A stretch of DNA of 64,000 nt. Origin: Escherichia phage vB_Ec-M-J. Position numbers and translations under genes: made by a program. The notes beneath the pieces were generated by a model, which saw only the letters and a program-made list of their open reading frames with translations, was not told the origin of the DNA and did no database searches. The stretch lies in the sequence record OQ718158.1. One strand, given 5' to 3'. This document shows positions 63,933 to 64,000 of this stretch, one piece after another. Within the stretch, counting starts at the first letter, position 1, and the number at the start of each line of letters is the position of its first letter.

Positions 63933-64000
63933 ACTTGTAATCGGATGCAGTGCAATTGCTGCATATATGTTTTTTGCCGCTCCAACCAATGTAGTACTGC
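63919..64000 (+). CDS. hypothetical membrane protein, 3'-truncated at window edge
   Basis: ATG 63919 opens MRLAKLVIGCSAIAAYMFFAAPTNVVL, running off the window. Confidence 0.35.
   Translation, partial: MRLAKLVIGCSAIAAYMFFAAPTNVVL

Noticed and set aside
1-64000. CRISPR array, tRNA genes, integrase or transposase
   Set aside because: The only repetition is at the protein-paralogue level. No short direct repeats with unique spacers, no T-loop-like motifs (GTTCGAATC-type) outside coding context, and no recombinase signatures were seen.

Overview
AT-rich (roughly one-third GC by eye), gene-dense 64-kb window in which every supportable gene is on the + strand, with short ATGA/TAATG-type overlaps between neighbours. 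It reads as an early or auxiliary region of a large virulent phage of a Gram-negative host: T4-like RNA ligase 1, polynucleotide kinase/phosphatase, ATP-dependent DNA ligase and dCMP deaminase, plus ClpP, PIN-PhoH, a phage Dam-type methyltransferase, a Sir2-Nudix pair, an NMNAT-like nucleotidyltransferase and an HslV-like hydrolase. No integrase, transposase, tRNA or CRISPR array was found. The most striking feature is a tandem array filling the first ~24 kb: at least 45 paralogous small genes (110-215 aa) sharing an internal [DE]-E-x-[FY]-F-Q-x-S-[TL]-[VIL] motif (family A), with sub-arrays of recent tandem duplicates. A second family of ~90-aa proteins (family B) is arrayed at 30.9-33.5 kb and scattered through 37-45 kb. 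Other signals are a recurrent promoter architecture (NNGACA-N16-TGATATAAT), about a dozen hairpin/T-run terminators, strong over-representation of the palindrome AGTACT/CAGTACTG in all reading frames, and a ~600-bp ORF-free, GC-elevated island at 27.4-28.1 kb. Functional calls rest on motifs I can see in the translations; no database search was run, and start codons are best guesses from RBS and paralog alignment.
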